Shown piece by piece: positions 27,490 to 38,531 of a DNA stretch of 64,000 bases (the stretch's first letter is position 1; each line of letters starts with the position of its first letter). The DNA comes from Desulfuromonadales bacterium. GTDB lineage: Bacteria; Desulfobacterota; Desulfuromonadia; Desulfuromonadales; SZUA-540. Under the pieces are notes generated by a model. It was not told where the DNA came from. It saw nothing but the letters and a program-made list of their open reading frames with translations, and did no database searches. Made by a program: the position numbers and the translations under genes. Location: contig JAWSUS010000017.1 of NCBI GenBank assembly GCA_033549025.1, positions 1 through 64,000 of the forward strand. Reading direction: 5' to 3'.

Positions 27490-27831
27490 ATGAAAATCGA
27501 GATGAAAATAGCAGCCCTGCTCATGGGCTTTGTCGTTCTGGCGGGCCCGGCCCTTGCCGCATCCGATGCGAGTGGCGGCCGTGGACGTTACCTGTTCCGC
27601 AAGGAATGCCGCACTTGTCACGGTTCTGAGGGGCGTTCCGTGGCCTTGACTCCCCAGAGCCGGACGGCCGAGGAATGGCGCGCTTTCTTTGACGCCCCCC
27701 CCAAAGAGGGCCATGCGGAAGTCTGGCAAGATATCGGCGACCGCAATGTGGAGAAGATCAAAGAATTTGTCGTGTTGAACGCCTCGGACGTCTTTTCCTC
27801 CAAGGCCTCTGACTGCTGGGAACCAAAATAA
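27490..27831 (+). CDS. Small monoheme cytochrome c
   Basis: RBS AGGAGG; signal peptide ending ALA; GRYLFRKECRTCH. Confidence 0.8.
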   Translation: MKIEMKIAALLMGFVVLAGPALAASDASGGRGRYLFRKECRTCHGSEGRSVALTPQSRTAEEWRAFFDAPPKEGHAEVWQDIGDRNVEKIKEFVVLNASDVFSSKASDCWEPK

Positions 27832-27863
27832 CTGCCTTGCCGCTGGCAAGGTCGAGTTTTTAC

Positions 27864-27895
27864 AAAGCCGCCCCAACTCGGGGCGGCTTTTTTTT
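27864..27895. terminator. Bidirectional terminator
   Basis: AAAGCCGCCCC-aactc-GGGGCGGCTTTTTTT. Confidence 0.75.
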
Positions 27896-27918
27896 CCTCT
27901 TATCGCCGTTCTTTTTTA

Positions 27919-30882
27919 TCATTTGATCAGGAGCTTGACCGCCGCCTGACCTGCCTGGGTATCCTCTGTCACCTCTATCTGGGGCTCAACGACAAAAAGA
28001 CGTCCCGAGTCCACATGCCCGGTGTCGACCAGATGTTCCAGGGTGCTGTTTGCCCTTTCTATCGCCAGAAGGCGCAGGTCTTCGTCGGACACCTCGGTGG
28101 CATTGAGCAAAAAGTCCTCCATCCGTTTTTGGGCTTCTGCCGCATCAGCCGCAGGGGATGGACTTTGCCCTGTCTGCCCTTCTTTCGGCGACTTTTGCAG
28201 GGCTTGCCGATAGAGCCGTTCCAGATAAAAAGCGTATTCTTCTGGACTGAGCGGAATATCCTGTTCAGCCGGTGATTTGGTTTCGTTTACGCGGGTCGAT
28301 TTGAGTTTTTCCAGTTTAAGGCGGTTCAACAGTTTTTTCCTGGCTAAAGCCTCGCTGTCGCTTCGCACGTCCACCTGCCCGGCAAGGTCCATCTTCAGGC
28401 CGGGCCTTTCGCTCAAGACCTTGGCGACCAGCGGCAGTTTGTCCAACGCGGCCGCCCCGAGGCTGGCTTCTCCCGGTTCAAAGGGAATATACTGTAAATC
28501 CTCGCCGGCGGGAATCAGGCTGCCGAGCAGGGCAAAAGGACTGGTGGCCGCCTTGGTGAGGAGGTTGACGATTACCTGCAGAATCACGCCGCCGACGCTG
28601 AACTCGGGATCGTCAAGGTCCCCCTGCACCGGGATGTCCAGGCTGATTTCGCCGCTGCGGTTTTTCAGCAGGGCGATGGCCAGATTGACCGGCAGGCTGG
28701 TGGCATCAGGGCTTTCAACGCGCTCACCCAGAGTGAACTGGTCGAGAAAGACCTTGTTCTCGCTTTGCAGCTGGCTTCCCTTGATATCGTAATGCAGATC
28801 AAGATTCAATTTGCCCTTCTCGGTTTTTTGGCCGACGTATTTGCCCGAGTACGGGGAGAGGGGGCTCAGGTTGAAGTTTTTAAAATCGAGAACCAGGTCC
28901 AACCGGGGGACGCGGGTCAACGGATTCATCGTGCCAGAGAGGACCAGCGGGGCCTGCTGGTCAATGCGGGCATCAAAGCGGAATTGGGCAAGGGAATTCG
29001 GCTCAGAGGAAATGCCGGTTATTTCGCCGTGCAGCTGGTCGATGGTCGCGCCGTAGCTGGGGCTGATGCTGCGGTCCTGTATCTTGGCGCTGCCTTTGTT
29101 CAACACGATTTTGTCAACACGCAGATCGAGAGGAGCCGCCTCTGTCCCTTCATCCGCTTCTATGGCCCCTTCAGCCGACTCTGGTTTTCCTTCACTGTCT
29201 CTGGTCAGGCTCGCCAGATTGAGCCGGCCATCTTCCCGTATCACCAGATTCGCCGCCGGTTCATCAAGCTCTATTGCGTCGATCCTGATCTGCAAAGGCG
29301 TTTGCTCAAGGGCGATGCCCTTTAGTCGTAAGGCTTTCCAACCCAGCAGATCTTCCCCCTGCGTATCATCTTTGGTCCGGAGTTCTGCGATCGTACCGCC
29401 GCCGGTGAAGCGCAGTTGTCCTTCCGGATCAAAGTCGAGATTCCCTTGCAGCGACAGAGACCCGTCGGCCATCAGGACGCGGGAATACTCCGAGATGTAC
29501 GGCTGAAAGTCGGCCAGCCGTACCGAGGCGACATCCACGGTGGTTTGGAGGGCAACGGGTGTCAGAGCCAGACTGCCCGTTCCCTTGAGATGACTGTGGC
29601 CGTTCAGGTCGAGGGCATAGGACAGACTGCCTTGCGTCTGCGGCAAGGTGGAAAGCCCCTGGGTTTGGATAGCGATGGCACTGGCCCGGATATCGGCAGG
29701 GCTTCCCAGAGCGCGGTCGCTGAAGAGGACCTCGCCGTTGCGCAACGAGAAGTCATCCACGGTCAAAGCCCAGCCCGGAGCGGCGCTGTCCGTTTCGCCG
29801 AATTCCTCTTCAGGTGAAGGTTCGGCGTTTTCCGGTTTATTCTGGAGCAGGGCCATGGGGAGCAGTTTGCCGTCTGGCGACCGGATCATCCCCACATAGG
29901 GTGAATCGACGTCGACCTGGGCGAGGTGAATATCCCCCGCCAGCAAGTTGGAATCCGCCAGAACAACCGTAAAAGTCGGCAGACGCAGATAGGTTTTGCC
30001 GGCCTGGTCGGTGACTTCCGTCTCTCTTAGGGTCAGGGTTCCCGTCAAGGCCAGGCGGGAGGAACCATCGTTACGATACAGGTAAGAAAGCTGGGTATCC
30101 AGGTCGAGTAGTGCTGATTTAAGCCGCAAGGCCGTGGGATTCGGAACATACGCCAGGTATTCGGGGATATCGATGCCGTCCATTTTGAGGTCGATGTCTG
30201 TTTCGCGTGACTCGGCGAACAGCTTGCTCCCACCGGCAAAATTAATGGGCGTGCCGTTGATGACAGCTGAAAAGACCGGCTCTACCGAACTTTCAATATT
30301 GCTGGGCAGGTTGGAGACGGAAGGGATGGCCAGCCTGAGGTCGTCAATCTGATGGACCGTGTCTTTCGGCCTATCCTCAAAGCGGATTGAGCCATTGTCG
30401 ATTTCGATATTGTTGATGGAAAAGAGAAACGGTTTTCCCTCCTTCTTCGGTTCAGGTGTCTCGGACGTTTCCTCCCCGGCCAGCAGGTCGGAAAAGGAAA
30501 AGGTGTTGTCGGACAACCGGCTGAAGTCAATCGCCGGTTTCGACAGGGAAACGGAGCGAAGGATCAGGGCCTTTTTGAAAAGGGACAGGCCCTGCAGGTT
30601 CACATGAAGACGGTCGAAGGCGATGAATTGGGCGTTATTCTCCCGGTTCTGCAGGCGGAAACCTTCGATCGTTGCCGTCAGGGCATAGGGGTTCAGGCGA
30701 ATTTTGGTAATATTCGCCTGCCGGTGCAGAGCCTCGGACATTTTATTTTCGAGGACAGGTTTCAGGATGAGCGGCAGGAGCACGAATCCGAGCAGGGTAT
30801 ACAAAAGGACAGCCAGCACGGTGCCAAGAACCACCTTTTGCCAACGCTTCAACTGCTTGAGGGAAGTGAGAAAGGCAGGCAT
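27919..30882 (-). CDS. DUF748-family (AsmA-like) repeated-domain protein
   Basis: N-terminal TM; LSPYSGKYVG...KGKLNLDL.Y; SLPVNLAIALLKNRSGEI.LDIPV.GDLDDPEF; start uncertain. Confidence 0.8.
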   Translation of the reverse strand: MPAFLTSLKQLKRWQKVVLGTVLAVLLYTLLGFVLLPLILKPVLENKMSEALHRQANITKIRLNPYALTATIEGFRLQNRENNAQFIAFDRLHVNLQGLSLFKKALILRSVSLSKPAIDFSRLSDNTFSFSDLLAGEETSETPEPKKEGKPFLFSINNIEIDNGSIRFEDRPKDTVHQIDDLRLAIPSVSNLPSNIESSVEPVFSAVINGTPINFAGGSKLFAESRETDIDLKMDGIDIPEYLAYVPNPTALRLKSALLDLDTQLSYLYRNDGSSRLALTGTLTLRETEVTDQAGKTYLRLPTFTVVLADSNLLAGDIHLAQVDVDSPYVGMIRSPDGKLLPMALLQNKPENAEPSPEEEFGETDSAAPGWALTVDDFSLRNGEVLFSDRALGSPADIRASAIAIQTQGLSTLPQTQGSLSYALDLNGHSHLKGTGSLALTPVALQTTVDVASVRLADFQPYISEYSRVLMADGSLSLQGNLDFDPEGQLRFTGGGTIAELRTKDDTQGEDLLGWKALRLKGIALEQTPLQIRIDAIELDEPAANLVIREDGRLNLASLTRDSEGKPESAEGAIEADEGTEAAPLDLRVDKIVLNKGSAKIQDRSISPSYGATIDQLHGEITGISSEPNSLAQFRFDARIDQQAPLVLSGTMNPLTRVPRLDLVLDFKNFNLSPLSPYSGKYVGQKTEKGKLNLDLHYDIKGSQLQSENKVFLDQFTLGERVESPDATSLPVNLAIALLKNRSGEISLDIPVQGDLDDPEFSVGGVILQVIVNLLTKAATSPFALLGSLIPAGEDLQYIPFEPGEASLGAAALDKLPLVAKVLSERPGLKMDLAGQVDVRSDSEALARKKLLNRLKLEKLKSTRVNETKSPAEQDIPLSPEEYAFYLERLYRQALQKSPKEGQTGQSPSPAADAAEAQKRMEDFLLNATEVSDEDLRLLAIERANSTLEHLVDTGHVDSGRLFVVEPQIEVTEDTQAGQAAVKLLIK

Positions 30883-31027
30883 AGTCAGTCTTTCGGGTAA
30901 AGGGTTAAGGTCGCAGAAATAGCTTTTCGCCAAGTCGCAGATTCAATTGTTTCACAGAGATGGGGCGTGCGCAAGGGCGGCGGGGTTTTTAGCAGGGTGG
31001 AATTTGCGGGTACAGCGAGACGACAGG

Positions 31028-32047
31028 TTAACCGGGGGCGAAGAGCCGGACAAAATGATTGTAGAGTTCGTGGTCCAGATCGGAGACCAGGTCTTCCTTC
31101 ATGATTTTCAACGCCTCAAAGGTGGAGCGGCGCCTGTGGTAGGATCGGTCGGAGGTGAGGGCCTCGTAGATGTCGGCCAGGCGGCAGATGCGCGCGTAGG
31201 GGTGTATTTCCACACGCACAAGACCGCTTGAATAGCCCTTGCCGTCGTCCCGCTCGTGGTGCTGGGCCGCGACAAGTTTGGCCTCTTCCGAGATGGTCGG
31301 GCTTTTTTGGAGAATTTCGAGTCCCGCCAGGGGGTGCTGCTGAACGATGGCCCGTTCTTCAGCGGTCAGGGGGCCCGGTTTGTTGATGATTTCAAGGGGG
31401 ATTTTACACTTGCCCAGATCGTGAAGGAAGAAACCCGCTCCCAATTGGCGAATCTCCTTTTCCGCCTTGGCGCCGTAATAGGAGCGTGCCAGGGCAATGC
31501 CAAAGATGCCGACATTGGTGCAGTGGGTGTAGGTGTTGTTGTCGTAGCCGGCCAACTTGATCAGGCATTTGGTGGTAGGGTCATCGGCCATAATCAGATC
31601 GACGGTGGGGGTGATGACCTCCTCCGCCAGGCGCAGGAATGGCGCCCGGGGATCGTCGTAGACTTTACGCATGATTTCCCGGCAGCAATCGTAGACGGCG
31701 CCGGCTTTGCGGTCAGGGGTGCTGACCGGATCGTGCAGTATGGCCTGGGTGACTTTCTGAACATAATCGTAATAAAGCTGGGCGTCTTTCTCGCGGATAT
31801 AGAGGCTCTGGATGCCAAAAAAAGAAAGCTTGCTTTGGATATCCTGACCAAAGGACAGCCCTTTGCCGGCGAAGAGGACATACTCGGGTTCGCCGACCCG
31901 CCACAGATGCGCGCTGACTTTGCGATACAGGTCGCAGGGAGCGTACTGCTCCGCGTGCAGAAGGGACAGCCCGATGGAGATCCATCCCTGCTGGACAGGA
32001 ACAATTTGCTCAAGTGTTGTTGTCAGCTCTTCTTTTCTCTTCAGCAT
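31028..32047 (-). CDS. HD-GYP family phosphohydrolase (GYS variant)
   Basis: YTHCTNV; LHDLGK; HHERDDGKGYSSGL; ADIYEALTSDRSYH. Confidence 0.9.
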   Translation of the reverse strand: MLKRKEELTTTLEQIVPVQQGWISIGLSLLHAEQYAPCDLYRKVSAHLWRVGEPEYVLFAGKGLSFGQDIQSKLSFFGIQSLYIREKDAQLYYDYVQKVTQAILHDPVSTPDRKAGAVYDCCREIMRKVYDDPRAPFLRLAEEVITPTVDLIMADDPTTKCLIKLAGYDNNTYTHCTNVGIFGIALARSYYGAKAEKEIRQLGAGFFLHDLGKCKIPLEIINKPGPLTAEERAIVQQHPLAGLEILQKSPTISEEAKLVAAQHHERDDGKGYSSGLVRVEIHPYARICRLADIYEALTSDRSYHRRRSTFEALKIMKEDLVSDLDHELYNHFVRLFAPG

Positions 32048-32421
32048 GATTCTCTCGGCAAGTTGAGGCCGCGTTGATTTTTACCGGTCTGTGTCGTCGG
32101 GCCCGGTGCCGTTTTGGGGACCTTCGTGTCCCAAAATAGTCCCCCGCCTGTCCAGGGGAAAGGGCGGCAGGAACAGGCAACAGCTGGAAATGGCGAGTTT
32201 GGGGGAAACCCCGCTTGAGGATTCCTTTGCCCGGCAGACCATTGGTACCCTGTTCCAAAAGTCATGCCAATGGCTGCTGCTGTCTTGGGCCACGGGGGGA
32301 CTGTCTGGATTAGGCCTTCGAGCGGTCCAACCCCACAGGCGTCGCGCCAAGTGTCCCCCATCTGTGCCACGCCGGTAGCTTCGAGGTTGACACATGTGTA
32401 ACCTGTAACAGATCTTCGGGG

Positions 32422-33579
32422 TCAGGAAGCTGAAAAGCTTTTGGCGCCGCGTAAGATAAAACCAAGCAGGCCGACCACCAAGGCGCCCCCCGCCGTCAGG
32501 AACAGCAGAGACAGGCCGGCGGCCTCTCCGATGTATCCCAGCAAAAAAGAGCCCGAAAAAAGCCCCAGATCGATGCTCCCGGTAAAGATTCCCGTGATTT
32601 TCCCCCGGTTCTGATAGCTCTCGTGGCGAATGGCCATGCTGTTGAGGGTGGGAAAGAGCATGCCGTGCCCGATTCCGCAGAGCAGGCCGGCCATGGCGAG
32701 CCCCCAGTTTTTCTGCACCAGCGCCAACGCGAAAAGGCCGCTGGCGGTGATGGCCAGAGCCCAGGGGAGCAGACGGATTTCACCCAGCCGGTCTGCCAGT
32801 TTTCCACCCAGAAAACGAATCATTATCGCCGAGCCGGCGTAGGCCAGGTAGAACAGGGATATGGGTGACAGTAGGCGCGCCTGCGCCAGGGGTGCCACAA
32901 AGTTGCCGCTGGCCGCCTGTCCAATCCCAAAAAGGAGAGCGAGACCAGCGACAATCAGGTGCTTTCGGCGTCGGAAGAGGGTGAAGAAAGAAACAGTCTG
33001 CTCGTGGCCTGGTTCGGCGGGTGTATCCCGCAACGGCCATTGGATCAGCAGCCCGATGAGCGCCAGGGCGGCAGACATGACGAAAAAATGAGGGAACCCG
33101 GCGTGGCGCAGCACCCATTCGCCCAAAGCGGGGCCGACGGCCAGGCCGATGAGTCCCGATGTTCCGAACATGCCCAGTCCTTCGTTGAGGCGGTCCCGTG
33201 GAATGATGTCCGCCATATAGGTGAACACCGCCGTGAAGCAGATGGCGATGCCAATGCCGTGGATCACGCGAACCACAAGCAGCGGTGCGTAAAAATTGCT
33301 CAGCGGCCCGGTAAAGGCGAGGTAGGTCAGGGGCATCAGAACGAGGATGAGGCAGCCGACCGTGTAACTCTTCTTGCGGCCGAGCCGGTCGATCATCTCG
33401 GAAATCCAGGGCCGGCAGAGGGCCGAGGCCATGGCAAAAACCCCCATGATAATGCCGATGTCTCCCTGGCTGCCGCCGTGTTCGGCAATGAAAAGGGGAA
33501 AGAGAAAAAAGGCCGTGAAAGACGAGACGGTGGTCAGGTTGGCGATAAACATCACCAGGAAGGTTTTCGTGTACAGCAT
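32422..33579 (-). CDS. MFS transporter
   Basis: ~12 TM; motif A IDRLGRKK and GKLADRLG. Confidence 0.9.
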   Translation of the reverse strand: MLYTKTFLVMFIANLTTVSSFTAFFLFPLFIAEHGGSQGDIGIIMGVFAMASALCRPWISEMIDRLGRKKSYTVGCLILVLMPLTYLAFTGPLSNFYAPLLVVRVIHGIGIAICFTAVFTYMADIIPRDRLNEGLGMFGTSGLIGLAVGPALGEWVLRHAGFPHFFVMSAALALIGLLIQWPLRDTPAEPGHEQTVSFFTLFRRRKHLIVAGLALLFGIGQAASGNFVAPLAQARLLSPISLFYLAYAGSAIMIRFLGGKLADRLGEIRLLPWALAITASGLFALALVQKNWGLAMAGLLCGIGHGMLFPTLNSMAIRHESYQNRGKITGIFTGSIDLGLFSGSFLLGYIGEAAGLSLLFLTAGGALVVGLLGFILRGAKSFSAS

Positions 33580-33695
33580 ACCGGTCTGGCCTTTTTGCTG
33601 GAGGAATGTCTCTTATAAGGCGCCCTTCGTAAAAGGTCAAGAAAGGGGTGGCCGGAGACACTTTTTAATGATTCGGAAGGGGGCCAGGGAATGAA

Positions 33696-33725
33696 TGTCA
33701 ACCGCGACTAGCTTGATGGTTGACA
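33696..33725 (+). promoter_or_regulatory. BirA operator
   Basis: TGTCAACC-N14-GGTTGACA perfect palindrome directly upstream of the bio operon. Confidence 0.88.
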
Positions 33726-33756
33726 GGCTTGAAAAAGCCGTGGTAATTTCGCCGCC

Positions 33757-34578
33757 ATGGAAGAGAGCCTTTACAGTATTCGCATGCATGCCACCTGTCT
33801 GGGGGACCATCTCTCAGGCGCCGAGGCGTTGGTGAGCGAAAGCGAGCTTAGAGCTGTAGCGGGTGACCTTGTGGCAAGGGCCTTGGGGCATTCGCGGGGG
33901 AAAGCCCAGAGCATCCGGATCAGTATTGATGATCTCACCGGCACCGAGGCGAAAAAAGGCAGCCTGCCTGACCTGGTCACAGTGCCCGTGGACGACTACC
34001 GTGAAGGTCGCCGGGCGGCGACGCAGTTGCTGGCCGGGGCCGGAATCTCCGACCTGGCCATAACGCGCACCCTGGACGCGCTCAGCCAGGGGGCGGCTCC
34101 CGGCCATAAAGCCATGCGCGGGGCCATGCTGGTGAATGCCGCCAGCGGCGAACGTCTTGAACCCGACCCCGCCCGCGGGGTACGCGTCAGTCGGCTTGGG
34201 CTGGACGCGGCCACCGCCGACGCCCTGCGGTGCGCCCTGCGTCCGCTGGGACTGGACAATGCCCATGTGCGCGAGGCCCTGCTTCTGGCCGCCAAAGTGC
34301 TGGCCTCGGGGCAGGTGCTCGCTGAAATCTGCTGGTCCGACGACCCGGACTACACCGCCGGCTATGTGGCGATCCCCCGACTGGGCTATGTCCGCTTTCC
34401 CCATCTCAAGCCCCTGGGTGACGTCCGTGGCGGTCGCGCGTTCTTTTTGCCGTCAGGGCTGCACGATTCGGCTGCGCTGATCTCTTTTCTGCAAGATACC
34501 CCCTGGCTGGCCGTCCGTCTTGGTCGCCTGAATCCCCCCATTTCGCTGGAGGCGCTGCGTGATCTCCTGGACCGCTGA
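33757..34578 (+). CDS. bioW: 6-carboxyhexanoate (pimelate)-CoA ligase
   Basis: YSIRMHA...[39 protein letters not shown]. Confidence 0.9.
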   Translation: MEESLYSIRMHATCLGDHLSGAEALVSESELRAVAGDLVARALGHSRGKAQSIRISIDDLTGTEAKKGSLPDLVTVPVDDYREGRRAATQLLAGAGISDLAITRTLDALSQGAAPGHKAMRGAMLVNAASGERLEPDPARGVRVSRLGLDAATADALRCALRPLGLDNAHVREALLLAAKVLASGQVLAEICWSDDPDYTAGYVAIPRLGYVRFPHLKPLGDVRGGRAFFLPSGLHDSAALISFLQDTPWLAVRLGRLNPPISLEALRDLLDR

Positions 34579-35734
34579 GCTTGAACGTTTGCAGGCGCAG
34601 AACATGTTTCGCTCGTTACGAACCGTAGAGAGTTTGCAAGGAACGAAGGTTTGGTTGGCAGGGCAGGAAGTGCTGATGCTGTGCAGCAACAACTATCTGG
34701 GCCTGGCCAGTCATCCCGTTCTGATAGAAGCCGCGGCCCAGGCGGCCCGGGATTGGGGGGTAGGGACGGGAGGCAGCCGTCTTATCTCCGGATCAATGAC
34801 CCCCCACGCCCAGCTGGAAGAGAGGCTGGCCGCCTTTAAGGGAACCGAAGCGGCCCTGCTGTTCAATTCCGGCTATGCCGCCAACACCGGTCTGCTACAG
34901 GGGCTGTTCGGCCCCGATGACGTCATTTTCTCCGATGCCCTCAACCATGCCTCCATCGTCGATGGCTGCCGTTTATCCAAAGCGAGGACGGTGGTCTATC
35001 CCCATGGAGATACGGATGCACTGGAGCGGTTGATGCATCAGGAGGAAAAAACACGCCAGGGCCGCTGGGTGATTGTCACCGACGGCGTCTTCAGTATGGA
35101 TGGAGATCTGGCGCCCCTCATCGCGCTTGTTCGCCTGAAAAAACGCTACGGTGCCCTGCTTATGGTCGACGATGCTCACGGCACCGGCGTGCTGGGCGAG
35201 GGCGGGCGGGGTACGGCCGAGCATCTCGGCTGTCTGGCCGAGGTGGATCTGCACATGGGGACGCTGGGCAAGGCGCTCGGCTGCTTTGGCGCCTATGTGG
35301 CGGCTGACCGGGTGATTGTCGACACCCTGATCAATCGTTCGCGCTCATTTATCTTCTCGACGAGCCTGCCCCCCTCCGTCCCCGTTACGGCTATGGCCGC
35401 CCTCGACATCGTCGAAAGTCCCGAGGGCGAAAGCCTGCGGCAAGCGCTCTGGCGCAATCGAAATCTCTTGGCCGAGCGCCTGCAAAGGGGCGGCCTGTCG
35501 ACAGGTGAGAGCACCACGCAGATTGTGCCGGTACTGACCGGCGAGCCGGCGCCGACCATGGCGCTGGCTGAAAGTCTGCTGGCCGCCGGTGTCTTTGTCC
35601 AGGGGATCCGACCGCCCACGGTTCCTGCCGGAAACTGCCGTCTGCGCGCCACCCTTATGGCAACCCACGAACCCGAAGACCTGGAGAGGGCCGCCGAGCT
35701 GATTTTGCAGGCGGCGGTTGGAGCCGGCCGATGA
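34559..35734 (+). CDS. bioF: 8-amino-7-oxononanoate synthase
   Basis: [48 protein letters not shown]. Confidence 0.95.
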   Translation: MISWTAELERLQAQNMFRSLRTVESLQGTKVWLAGQEVLMLCSNNYLGLASHPVLIEAAAQAARDWGVGTGGSRLISGSMTPHAQLEERLAAFKGTEAALLFNSGYAANTGLLQGLFGPDDVIFSDALNHASIVDGCRLSKARTVVYPHGDTDALERLMHQEEKTRQGRWVIVTDGVFSMDGDLAPLIALVRLKKRYGALLMVDDAHGTGVLGEGGRGTAEHLGCLAEVDLHMGTLGKALGCFGAYVAADRVIVDTLINRSRSFIFSTSLPPSVPVTAMAALDIVESPEGESLRQALWRNRNLLAERLQRGGLSTGESTTQIVPVLTGEPAPTMALAESLLAAGVFVQGIRPPTVPAGNCRLRATLMATHEPEDLERAAELILQAAVGAGR

Positions 35735-36534
35735 AGACCTTCGTGTTGCCTGACGGTCGCCGCCTCGCCTATCGTGAGTCCGGTTCGGGGCCGGCGCTGG
35801 TCATGCTGCACGGCTGGAGTATGTCCTCTGCCGTATTCAGCGAAGCCATAGAGGCCTTTTCGTCCTCTTTCCGGGTTCTGGCTCCCGATCTGCGCGGACA
35901 CGGCGAGTCGGAGCCCGGATTGGGTTACCGGCTGGCCGACCTGGCCGGTGATGTGACTGCCTGGCTGGAACAGACCGTGGAGGACGAAGTGTCGCTGCTT
36001 GGCTGGTCTCTTGGCGGTCAGGTCGCCCTGCGGCTGACCGGGAAACTGCGGAAGAAGGTTGCCCGGGTCATTCTGCAGTCGACCACTCCTCGATTTGTGG
36101 CCGGTGACGGCTGGAGCGCGGGCCTTCCTGCCGGTCAGGTCAAAGCGATGCGTCGCGACCTGCGCCGCAACTATCGAAAAGCCATGGGGGATTTTTTCTC
36201 CCGCCAATTTGAAGAAGGGGAAATGTCGCAGGAACGTTTCTGGCGTGTGGTCGATTTTGCCGTACGGGCCGGTCGCCTCCCTCCTGACGAGGTGGCGCTG
36301 GAGACCCTGGACACGCTGGCCCAGACCGATCTGCGGGCCGAGCTGTCGCAGATTGACGTGCCGGTGCTGGTCGTGCATGGCGAAATGGACCGGATAATTC
36401 CCTTTGCCGCGGGAGCTTATCTGGCGGAGCAGATGTCCTTTGCCCGCCTTGCTGCTTTGCCTGGCGCCGGCCATGCCCCTTTTCTGAGTTATCCCGAGGA
36501 CGTTTTTGCGCTGTGGAGAGAGTTTCTGCCATGA
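35731..36534 (+). CDS. bioH: Pimeloyl-ACP methyl ester carboxylesterase (alpha/beta hydrolase)
   Basis: LHGW; GWSLGG; GHAPFLS; bio operon context. Confidence 0.85.
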   Translation: MKTFVLPDGRRLAYRESGSGPALVMLHGWSMSSAVFSEAIEAFSSSFRVLAPDLRGHGESEPGLGYRLADLAGDVTAWLEQTVEDEVSLLGWSLGGQVALRLTGKLRKKVARVILQSTTPRFVAGDGWSAGLPAGQVKAMRRDLRRNYRKAMGDFFSRQFEEGEMSQERFWRVVDFAVRAGRLPPDEVALETLDTLAQTDLRAELSQIDVPVLVVHGEMDRIIPFAAGAYLAEQMSFARLAALPGAGHAPFLSYPEDVFALWREFLP

Positions 36535-37343
36535 CCGCCACCCCGGCTGTGCGTTCACACGTGCGGCGTAACTTTTCGAGCCATGCCCAAGAATACGAGC
36601 GCTATGCGGTCGTGCAGGCGCGAGTCATTGCGCGACTGGTCGGGTTGCTGCGCGAACGGGCCCCTTTCGAGAGGCCCGTATTGGACATCGGCTGCGGAAC
36701 GGGTTTGCTCGCCGCGGCCCTGCGCCCCCTGTGCTCCCAGTCCACCCTGGTTGTTTCCGATCTCGCCCACGGCATGACCTGCCAGGCCAGGCGGCGGCTG
36801 CCAGAATCCTTGGCTCTCGATGCCGACGGCTGCGCGCTTCCCCTGGCCGGCGCTCGTTTCTCCCTGGTCTGTTCGAGCTCGGTCTATCAATGGGTGCCCG
36901 ATCTGGACAAGGCCTTTAGCGAAGCCTACCGGGTGCTGTTGCCCGGCGGTGTTTTCGCTTTTGCCCTTTTCGGTCAAGAGACTCTCTTTGAGTTGAAAAA
37001 CGCGCATCACTTTGCCCTGTCGCAGACTGGAGCGAACAGAACTTCCCATTTTCAGACTTTTCCGGATCTGCAGACGGTCAGGGGCGCCATGGAGAAAATG
37101 GATTTTCATACCCTCAACGTTTTTGAGGAGCGTGAAGTCGAATACCACCCGGACGTCACCCGGTTGCTGCGTTCTCTCAAGGGGATCGGGGCGCAGAATG
37201 CTTCCGCCCATCGTCCGCCCGGCCTGGCGTCACGACGGGTCATGCAGTGTATGGCTGAACACTACACCCGGCAGTACGGTGGCCCTGCAGGGGTTCCGGC
37301 CACGTATCATGTCATTTATGGAGTTGGCGTAAAAGGCGACTGA
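36531..37343 (+). CDS. bioC: Malonyl-ACP O-methyltransferase
   Basis: FSSHA..YE.YA.VQ; VLDIGCGTG; TL.EL; PATYHVIYG; ATGA overlap with bioH. Confidence 0.9.
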   Translation: MTATPAVRSHVRRNFSSHAQEYERYAVVQARVIARLVGLLRERAPFERPVLDIGCGTGLLAAALRPLCSQSTLVVSDLAHGMTCQARRRLPESLALDADGCALPLAGARFSLVCSSSVYQWVPDLDKAFSEAYRVLLPGGVFAFALFGQETLFELKNAHHFALSQTGANRTSHFQTFPDLQTVRGAMEKMDFHTLNVFEEREVEYHPDVTRLLRSLKGIGAQNASAHRPPGLASRRVMQCMAEHYTRQYGGPAGVPATYHVIYGVGVKGD

Positions 37344-37355
37344 ATAGAGACGGTC

Positions 37356-38531
37356 CTACTCGACGCAGAGGATGGCGCATTTGAGATATTCGGTCTCCGG
37401 GCAGGACAACAGGACCGGGTGGTCATAGGCCTGGCTGCGCATTTCCAGCAGGCGGATGGCCCGGCCTGCCTGTACGGCGGCCTTGCTCAGGGTATCCAGA
37501 AAGATGTCCCGGCTCATATGGTGGGAGCAGGAGCAGGTAAAGAGGTAGCCGCCAGGCGTCACCGCTTCCATGGCCCGGCGGTTGATGGTCAGGTAGCCTT
37601 TGATGGCTTCGGGGAGTTTCTTGCGACTTTTGACGAAGGCCGGCGGGTCGAGGACGATGGTGTCGAAGGTCTGGCGATCCCGGTTGAGGCTGCGCAGAAA
37701 ATCGAAAACATCGGCTCTTTCGAAAGAACAGCGGCCTTCCACAAAATTCAGGCGGGCATTTTCCCGCGCCAGCGCCAGAGCGCCTTCCGAAATGTCGATG
37801 CCCAGCACCTCGCGGGCCCCATAGCGGGCGGCGTGTACCGACCAGCTTCCCGAATAGCAGAATAAATCGAGAACCCGGTGCCCTGATACGAATGGCTTCA
37901 GGGCCAGGTGATTCTCTTTCTGATCCAGAAAATGCCCGGTCTTCTGTCCCCCCAGAACATCCACGCGGAAGCTCAGACCGTGTTCCGTCATTATGACGTC
38001 TTCGGGCAGCTCGCCCTGCAGAATTTCAACCCGACAGTCGAGGCCTTCAAGTTCGCGCACGGCAACATCGTTGCGGGCGACGATGGCCTTCGGCTGCCAC
38101 AGGTCGGTGAGCGCCTGTACAATCACCTGGCGTCGACACTCCATGCCCAGGGTCAGGAACTGCAGGGAGAGGACGTCGCCGTAGCGGTCGACCACCAGTC
38201 CAGGCAGGCCGTCGCCCTCGCCATGCACAAGGCGCATGGTAGCCAGATCACCGTAAAAACGCTGCCGGTAAAGAAGGGCCGCCCTGAAGCGGGCGTGAAA
38301 AAAATCAGGGGTGTCGATGGACTCTCTGGCGCGAGAGAGGATGCGGGCGGCAATGAGCGAGTGGGGGTTATAATAGGCCATGCCCAGGAATTCCCCCCGA
38401 TGCGTGAAAACCTCGACCGCCTCCCCCGGTTGGGGGGCGCGGTCGAGGTTTCCAATTTCATTGCTGAATATCCAGGGGTGTCCCGCTCGGGCGCGGCGAT
38501 CGTGGCCGGCACGCAGGGTCAGTCGGGTCAT
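37356..38531 (-). CDS. rlmI: RlmI-like 23S rRNA m5C methyltransferase (PUA plus class I SAM)
   Basis: GHPWIFSNE; GQKTGHFLDQ; VLDLFCYSG; LDPPAF; DHPV...ETEYLK. Confidence 0.82.
   Translation of the reverse strand: MTRLTLRAGHDRRARAGHPWIFSNEIGNLDRAPQPGEAVEVFTHRGEFLGMAYYNPHSLIAARILSRARESIDTPDFFHARFRAALLYRQRFYGDLATMRLVHGEGDGLPGLVVDRYGDVLSLQFLTLGMECRRQVIVQALTDLWQPKAIVARNDVAVRELEGLDCRVEILQGELPEDVIMTEHGLSFRVDVLGGQKTGHFLDQKENHLALKPFVSGHRVLDLFCYSGSWSVHAARYGAREVLGIDISEGALALARENARLNFVEGRCSFERADVFDFLRSLNRDRQTFDTIVLDPPAFVKSRKKLPEAIKGYLTINRRAMEAVTPGGYLFTCSCSHHMSRDIFLDTLSKAAVQAGRAIRLLEMRSQAYDHPVLLSCPETEYLKCAILCVE

Noticed and set aside
32190..32275. GGGCAAA-containing segment upstream of the HD-GYP gene resembling a GEMM riboswitch or sigma54 site
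   Set aside because: Lacks the GACGCAAAGC/P3 elements; the -12 element is GG rather than GC.
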